DNA of 32,701 nucleotides from Acidimicrobiaceae bacterium (GTDB lineage Bacteria; Actinomycetota; Acidimicrobiia; Acidimicrobiales; Bog-793): NCBI GenBank assembly GCA_025463965.1, contig JAODBN010000104.1, positions 1 to 32,701 of the forward strand, read 5' to 3'. Shown piece by piece: positions 27,490 to 32,701 of this stretch (position 1 is its first letter; each line of letters starts with the position of its first letter). The notes under the pieces were generated by a model. It saw only the letters and a program-made list of their open reading frames with translations, ran no database searches and was not told where the DNA came from. The position numbers and the translations under genes were made by a program.

Positions 27490-28191
27490 ATGAAGGCGGC
27501 GAAGGTACAAGAGAAAGAAGACAGTCAGGTCGAAGCCCTGCAGGCTGTGGCCAAGTCTTTCGCCAGCCAGTTCAAATCAGCCGAGGAGCTCGCGCAGGTC
27601 TTCGTCCGTGAAGCGATCATCCGAGGCATCTACCGGCCCGGGGACCGACTGCCCCAGGACGTCATCGCGAACCTCTTGGGCATCAGCCGCATTCCGGTGC
27701 GTGCGGGGTTCCGGCTGCTCGAAGCCGAGGGGCTGCTGACGATCTATTCGCACCGCGGCGCCCGGGTCACGATTCTCAACGCGAAAGAGATCGAGGAGCT
27801 CTACGAGCTGCGCACCGTGCTCGAGTGCCACCTCCTCGAGCTCGCAATCCCCCGGCTCACACCGGAGTACACGAGCGAGCTACGCGCGATGGCCGAGCAG
27901 CTCAACGCTTCGGCGACCATGGGCAGTGCAGAGCCCAGAATGGCGTTCTACGACCGGCTCTACGCGCTAGCCGAACGGCCCAGGATCCGCTCGCTGGTCG
28001 CCCGGCTGCACGCCGAGGTCGGTCAGTACCTGCTCATGAAGCAGGTGACCGAGGAGCCACCCGGTCACTTCGGCCTGCTGAATTACATCGAGGAGGGGGA
28101 CGTGGCCGGGGCGCAGCTCTGGCTCACCGACCACCTCGCTGCCGTGAGCGCCGAGCTTCAGCTCCTCGTTTCCGAGCTGCACGGCGAGTAG
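27490..28191 (+). CDS. GntR-family regulator (FCD); paralog of 6862-7581
   Basis: FVREAIIRGIYRPGDRLPQDVIANLLGISRIPVRAG is nearly identical to the left GntR HTH; RLHAEVGQYL. Confidence 0.93.
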   Translation: MKAAKVQEKEDSQVEALQAVAKSFASQFKSAEELAQVFVREAIIRGIYRPGDRLPQDVIANLLGISRIPVRAGFRLLEAEGLLTIYSHRGARVTILNAKEIEELYELRTVLECHLLELAIPRLTPEYTSELRAMAEQLNASATMGSAEPRMAFYDRLYALAERPRIRSLVARLHAEVGQYLLMKQVTEEPPGHFGLLNYIEEGDVAGAQLWLTDHLAAVSAELQLLVSELHGE

Positions 28192-28244
28192 GCCCGCTCT
28201 CCTCGGGCGCATCGCCTCAGGAAGCGAGGGAGGCTACGGAGCCT

Positions 28245-29297
28245 TCACCGCCGAGCCGTCTGCGAGGTCACGTTCTCGGCCGAGACGCGCGCCCCTGGAT
28301 GACCCGCCTGCGCCACGGCCTCCCGCTCGAGCTCGGCATTCAGCTCGCCCCCGACGAGCACGGCGAGACCGATGAAATAGAGCCACAGGATCAGGATCGC
28401 AACGCCGGCAAAGCTGCCGTAGGTCCTGCCGTAAGTGCCGAACTTGCTGACGTACAACGAAAAGCCTACCGAGGCGACGACGAAGATCGCCGTGGCTACG
28501 AGGCCGCCGCCGGTCACCCACCGCCAATTCGGGTCCTCCCGATTCGGACCGAGGGAGTAGAGGACAGAGAACAGCAGCGTGACGATCACCAAGGTCACCA
28601 CCCAGCGGACGACCGTCCACAAGACGAGGAACGCCGTGCCGTGCAGGCCGACGTGACCTTCGATCGAAGAACCGATCGAAGCGCCGAAGACCAAGAGGGC
28701 GGCGCTCAGGCCGCCGAGCACCACGATGGCCAGCATGATCGGGAGCGCGCGGATTCGCCGTGCCAGAAACTTCCGGTCCACGGGCACTTCGTAGGCGATG
28801 TCGAGCGCTTGCTCCAGCGCCGAGACGCCACCCGACGCGCTCCAGAGCGCCACGACTATCCCGACGACCACCGCGACGGACGAACCAGAGGACTTCTTGG
28901 TCGCCGAGCTCACCGCCGCCGTGAACACCGCTCCGGTTCCTGCAGGAAGCGCTTTGTCGACGCCGTGCACGATGTGTTGGAGGGTTCCCGAGCTGATGTG
29001 AACCACGGCGAGAAGGCCGAGAAGAGCGACGATCGCAGGAAAAAGCGCGAGGAACCAATGATAGGCAAGGCTGCCCGCGGACATCGAGACTCGATCACGA
29101 ACGATCTTCTTCATGGTCCGCCGCAGGGTCTGCTTCCATGCGGTAGTGCCCAGCTCGAGCGGGCCTTCGGGTGCCCCGGCCACATCCTTCTGCGGCGGAA
29201 TCGACTCGCCCGACCGATCGGTGCGCGTTGTCGGGTCCGCGGTGGTCGTACCGGCCGCACGAGACCCAGCCGGATTTTGCTCAGTCCCCGCTGCCAT
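28245..29297 (-). CDS. YihY/virulence factor BrkB-family membrane protein
   Basis: AGSLAYHWFLALFP, ALWSASGG, YGRTYGSFAGVAILILWLY, GGELNAE motifs. Confidence 0.93.
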   Translation of the reverse strand: MAAGTEQNPAGSRAAGTTTADPTTRTDRSGESIPPQKDVAGAPEGPLELGTTAWKQTLRRTMKKIVRDRVSMSAGSLAYHWFLALFPAIVALLGLLAVVHISSGTLQHIVHGVDKALPAGTGAVFTAAVSSATKKSSGSSVAVVVGIVVALWSASGGVSALEQALDIAYEVPVDRKFLARRIRALPIMLAIVVLGGLSAALLVFGASIGSSIEGHVGLHGTAFLVLWTVVRWVVTLVIVTLLFSVLYSLGPNREDPNWRWVTGGGLVATAIFVVASVGFSLYVSKFGTYGRTYGSFAGVAILILWLYFIGLAVLVGGELNAELEREAVAQAGHPGARVSAENVTSQTARR

Positions 29298-29729
29298 CCT
29301 TGCCTCCTACGATCGTGGGTTCTGTGACAACGGACTTTCGTCGGCATTCCCGTCCTGTAGCGGACTGGGCGCGGCTCTCGTCATTGAGACGAGGGCGAGT
29401 TGCCCTGGTTGCGGCGCCGACAAACGGGCGAAGCGGCGTGATCAAAGCCGCTCAGCACAGAGATCTTCAGCCTCCCCCGAATAGGGGAAGCGCAAAGCCG
29501 ATTGGAAGACCTTTGCCAGCCGTACCTATCGCCGGCCGCTAGCGAGAACAGAGCTCCTTGTCTTCGCGGCGGCGCGGAAGGTCTCCAGCAGGCGACGGCA
29601 CCGACACGATCCGGAACGGAGAACGGGCGCAACAGGAGGGCCGGAGCCCGCGCGCTCCACGCGGGAGCTCGCGGAGTGGCCGGGGCGATGAAGCCCGACG
29701 CGGGGCGCCCCCGGGCGGGACAGAGAGCC

Positions 29730-29755
29730 GTTACCCGCGGGCCTCGCTGGGGTAG
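29730..29755 (+). promoter_or_regulatory. Possible SigB/SigF-type promoter (GTTA-N16-GGGTAG) upstream of the STAS gene
   Basis: Resembles the GTTT..GGGTA consensus and precedes an anti-anti-sigma-like gene. The match is weak. Confidence 0.25.
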
Positions 29756-29854
29756 TCCCTAATGCGGTCGAACAGCTGGCCTCTGGGATCTCTGTCCCGT
29801 CGTCCGCCCGCACACCGGGTTGGACTAAGCGTCCGCGAGGACGTAGGAGGCACA

Positions 29855-30214
29855 ATGACCGAAGCGTCTACGCAGTTTCGAGCGGAGCTGCGAGACACCG
29901 GGCCAGGGCTGGCGACGTTGTACGTCATGGGACGGGTCGATCCCGAGTCCCTTCCAGCCTTCGTGGCTGTCCTCGACGCGGCGATTGCCGCAAGCCCGGA
30001 GCACTTGCTGATCGAAGCTTCTGAAGCGGATTCCATCTCGAGCCAAGGGTTTCTCGCCATCGGCCAGTGCGGACTCGCGCTCAGCCGCCTCACCCTTCGA
30101 ACCCGGCTCCCGGTGGCTCGCCGAGTACTCGCGGTGCTCGGTTTCGAAGGGATCGTGACGGTCGATGAGCTCGAGGAGCCGGACCGCTTGCGCCCGGCGT
30201 TGAGTTGGAGCTGA
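29855..30214 (+). CDS. STAS-domain protein (anti-sigma factor antagonist-like)
   Basis: AGGAGG RBS; LYVMGRVD, LLIEASEADSISSQGF (DSSG-like Ser motif), VARRVLAVLGF. Confidence 0.7.
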   Translation: MTEASTQFRAELRDTGPGLATLYVMGRVDPESLPAFVAVLDAAIAASPEHLLIEASEADSISSQGFLAIGQCGLALSRLTLRTRLPVARRVLAVLGFEGIVTVDELEEPDRLRPALSWS

Positions 30215-30262
30215 GCCTGGCCGGCGCCTTCACTGCGGGCGCTCGCCCTCCAGGGGACTCGG

Positions 30263-30559
30263 CTACTTCACCGCGATGATGTCCACCGATCGGATGTCGG
30301 GGTCCTTGGCGAGCAGCTCATCGGCGACCTGAGCGAGCGCCTTGGGGATCTCGCCGTTGAGGTGAGCCTGGCGGGCCTCTTCGGTCTCGAAGGAGTCGAA
30401 GATCGCGTACTCGGTGTCGCTCAGCTTGAGGGCGTACCACGTGACCGTACCCGGCTCGGCTTGGGCGAGCGCCCGGCCGTTCTTCAGGAATTCGCCGAGG
30501 GCGCTTCCCTTGCCGGGCTTGGCCTCGAGCAACGCGAGAAATCCGAGCTTCACGGTCAT
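30263..30559 (-). CDS. Antibiotic biosynthesis monooxygenase (ABM)-family protein
   Basis: LEAKPGK, AEPGTVTWYA, IFDSF...RQAHLNG pattern; GAGGAG upstream. Confidence 0.88.
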   Translation of the reverse strand: MTVKLGFLALLEAKPGKGSALGEFLKNGRALAQAEPGTVTWYALKLSDTEYAIFDSFETEEARQAHLNGEIPKALAQVADELLAKDPDIRSVDIIAVK

Positions 30560-30680
30560 GGCTTCTGCTTCTCCTCGGCCACCGCAGACTGGAAGCGGCC
30601 GCTCGCGGGTGGCGCCGAGACAGCTCGCCTGAGGAAGCGTAACGGTGCTTCTTAGCCACCGGCTCCGAGCAATGGCGAGC

Positions 30681-32027
30681 TCAGGAGACTGCCGCGGCGA
30701 GCTCGGGGTCTTTCGTCGAAGCCCGGACGGCTCTCACGGACCCGGCGATCGCCACGGCAACGACCACGACGAAGACCAGCATGGTGTTGCGGGCGGAGAA
30801 ATACTCCGTGGCAACTCCGAGTCCGATCACCGGGACGGATAGCCCGAGGTAGGCACCGAGAAAGAAGAGGGAAAGGGTCTCCGCTCGTGACTCCGGGGGG
30901 GCCACCGTCACAGCGGCGACGAGCGCCCCCTTGAACACCATGCCCCCGCCCGCTCCACTGAGCACGCCTCCCACGATGAAGATCGGAAGGCTGGGAGCCC
31001 ACATGCCACCCGCCAGCAGGGCGAGACCGACAACGAGCATCGGCACGCTGCGCCGGAGCAAGAGGGAGTTGGGCACCCTGGCCTGTGCGATCTGGGCAAC
31101 CGCCCCGCCGGCGAACGCAGAGAAGGCAACCGCACCGGCGAGCGCGTGCGAAGTGTCGTGCAGCGTGGTGGCGAGGAAAGACGGCACCAGCGAGTTGAAG
31201 ACGCCGTACACCGCGAACGAGGCCAATCCGGCCATCGTCGCAGCCAAGACCACGGCCCTTTGGGCCTTGGGGACGGCGATCCGCTGGGGCCGGTACTTCG
31301 GCCGCACGAGCGGCGACTCCCTGGTCTCGGGAGAGAGGGCGACGACCACCGCGAGCACCACCAGTGCGGCGCCGAAGACGATGTACGAAAGCGACAAGGG
31401 GTACGGAGCGAACTGGAGCAGAAGACCGGCGGCCAGTGGACCGACCCCGATGCCGCCGAGGTTGGAGGCCGTCGCCACCACGTCGGCCCGCCTCCTGCCG
31501 GCCGACGGCCGGGCCTTGGCGTGGAGCTCGGAAAGATAGGCGGTCGCCGTGGCGGTCGTCAGTCCGACCGAGACCCCGGAGATGATTCGTGCGATCACGA
31601 GCCCGGGGAGGCTCGGCTCGAAGATGAACACCAACGCGCTCACGGCATTGATGAGCAGTGCGGGAACGAAGACCCGCCGTCGACCGATCCAGTCCGAGAC
31701 GTGTCCGGCGAGGAACAGGCTCACGACGACGCCAATGGCGTAGGCCGCAAATACGAGCGTGACAACGATGTTGGAGAAGTGGTCCCGGCGCTGGTAGAGC
31801 ACGTAGATCGGGGTCGGCACCGCCGAAAACGCCATGTTGAGAAGGAACGCCGCCGCAACGAACCAGAACGCAGTCCCATGCGCGCGCGGGCTCTGGCGCG
31901 GTAATGCGGTTGGGACGGCGGCCATGCTCAGCTCCGGGCCGGCCGCTTGCTCCTCTGGCGTCTCCCCCAGCCCGCTCTCGTGCACTGCGGGCTGCTGCGC
32001 TAGGGGCTGCTGCACTGCGTAGCTCAT
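30681..32027 (-). CDS. MFS transporter
   Basis: PTPIYVLYQ, GHVSDWIGRRR motif A, about 12 TM; GAGGAG RBS; divergent from LysR. Confidence 0.92.
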   Translation of the reverse strand: MSYAVQQPLAQQPAVHESGLGETPEEQAAGPELSMAAVPTALPRQSPRAHGTAFWFVAAAFLLNMAFSAVPTPIYVLYQRRDHFSNIVVTLVFAAYAIGVVVSLFLAGHVSDWIGRRRVFVPALLINAVSALVFIFEPSLPGLVIARIISGVSVGLTTATATAYLSELHAKARPSAGRRRADVVATASNLGGIGVGPLAAGLLLQFAPYPLSLSYIVFGAALVVLAVVVALSPETRESPLVRPKYRPQRIAVPKAQRAVVLAATMAGLASFAVYGVFNSLVPSFLATTLHDTSHALAGAVAFSAFAGGAVAQIAQARVPNSLLLRRSVPMLVVGLALLAGGMWAPSLPIFIVGGVLSGAGGGMVFKGALVAAVTVAPPESRAETLSLFFLGAYLGLSVPVIGLGVATEYFSARNTMLVFVVVVAVAIAGSVRAVRASTKDPELAAAVS

Positions 32028-32103
32028 CGCTGATGCTCCTCACCCGATTGGTTGTCGTTCCACTGTGCGCCCCTGGCGTCATAGGGTCCAGCGAAAACAA
32101 CCG

Positions 32104-32127
32104 ATAACAGTTATGCGGTCGTATGAT
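32104..32127 (+). promoter_or_regulatory. Divergent LysR/MFS control region: ATAAC-A-GTTAT palindrome and TATGAT -10
   Basis: Palindrome at 32104-32114; -10 at 32122-32127, 6 nt before the GTG, consistent with a leaderless lysR transcript. Confidence 0.5.
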
Positions 32128-32133
32128 GACCGG

Positions 32134-32701
32134 GTGGACTTGCGGCAGCTCGAACACTTCCTTGCAGTCGCAGAGGAGCAAAGCTTCACCCGCGCCGCGC
32201 GCCGCATCCACGCCGGCCAGTCCACGCTGTCGGTCTCCGTCCGCTCCCTCGAGCGCGAGCTCGGCACGGCGCTCTTCGAGAGGACCACGCACCGGGTCGC
32301 GCTGACCGACGCCGGCGAGGCGCTGTTGCCCGAAGCCCGTCGCACGCTTGAAGCGGCAGAGCGAGCGAGGGAGGTGGTTGCCGAGGTGAACGGTGTGGTG
32401 CGCGGAACTCTCCGTGTCGGGATCATGCGGTCGCTCAAAGTCGTCGATGTCGCCTCGATGCTCGCCCGCTTCCATCGCAAATACCCGGGCGTCGAGATCC
32501 AACCGCGTCCCGCGATCGGAGGCTCGGCCGCGCTTGCCCAGCAGGTGGCGACCGGTCAGCTCGACCTGGCGTTCCTCGCGGTACCTCCTGATCCCGTGCC
32601 TGACCTCTCGCTGACCCCGCTTGCCTCGGAACCCTTCCTGCTCGTTGCAGCCAGCGACGAGCTCGACGATGCACCTTCCGTGCTCGCCCTGAACGAGCTG
32701 C
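32134..32701 (+). CDS. LysR-family transcriptional regulator, 3'-truncated (absent from the ORF track)
   Basis: Manual translation: MDLRQLEHFLAVAEEQSFTRAARRIHAGQSTLSVSVRSLERELGTALFERTTHRVALTDAGEALL...GTLRVG. Confidence 0.95.
   Translation, partial: MDLRQLEHFLAVAEEQSFTRAARRIHAGQSTLSVSVRSLERELGTALFERTTHRVALTDAGEALLPEARRTLEAAERAREVVAEVNGVVRGTLRVGIMRSLKVVDVASMLARFHRKYPGVEIQPRPAIGGSAALAQQVATGQLDLAFLAVPPDPVPDLSLTPLASEPFLLVAASDELDDAPSVLALNEL

Noticed and set aside
3412-28191. Mobile genomic island
   Set aside because: No integrase, transposase, tRNA or flanking direct repeats were seen.
27825-29327. 500-aa plus-strand ORF, and similar ORFs at 14409-15743, 16787-18025 and 19008-19958
   Set aside because: They lie antisense or off-frame to well-supported genes and carry no family motifs.
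29465-29525. c-di-GMP-I riboswitch (CGCAAAGCC after a hairpin)
   Set aside because: It lacks the GCAAACC...GAAA...GGACGCAAAGC arrangement and the second stem. Only a short chance match.
30652-32502. 616-aa minus-strand ORF
   Set aside because: It is out of frame over the MFS gene and antisense to lysR, with Arg/Gly-rich composition. A GC-rich shadow ORF.
1-32701. CRISPR arrays, tRNA or rRNA genes, tandem repeats
   Set aside because: None were recognised on reading either strand. Short or degenerate elements could be missed without computation.

Overview
High-GC bacterial window, probably from an actinobacterium (inferred from GC content, F420-type LLM enzymes and a leaderless LysR gene). 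No mobile element, rRNA, tRNA or CRISPR array was seen. It has three parts. (1) 1-3343: a truncated PsiE-family gene and a three-gene SipW-type fibre operon (small secreted subunit, ER-type signal peptidase, and a membrane protein fused to a second pilin-like module). (2) 3412-28191: a ~25 kb catabolic cluster, probably for an N-heterocycle. It encodes a xanthine-dehydrogenase-family molybdoenzyme with CoxG, XdhC and MocA, a cyclic amidohydrolase, an atypical alpha/beta hydrolase, two LLM oxidoreductases, a class II aldolase-fold enzyme, an SDR and an MFS transporter. Two paralogous ABC importer + GntR modules flank it, and five predicted promoters share a GTATAC/TGTATCCA box. The standout is a bicupin translationally coupled to a Pch2/TRIP13 (CBASS Cap6-like) AAA+ ATPase, with no HORMA or CD-NTase gene in the window. 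The cupin begins with a Thr-rich tail reminiscent of HORMA N-termini, suggesting TRIP13 repurposed as an enzyme remodeller. (3) 28245-32701: ordinary genes (YihY, STAS, ABM, MFS, partial LysR). All family calls come from motif recognition by eye; no searches were run.
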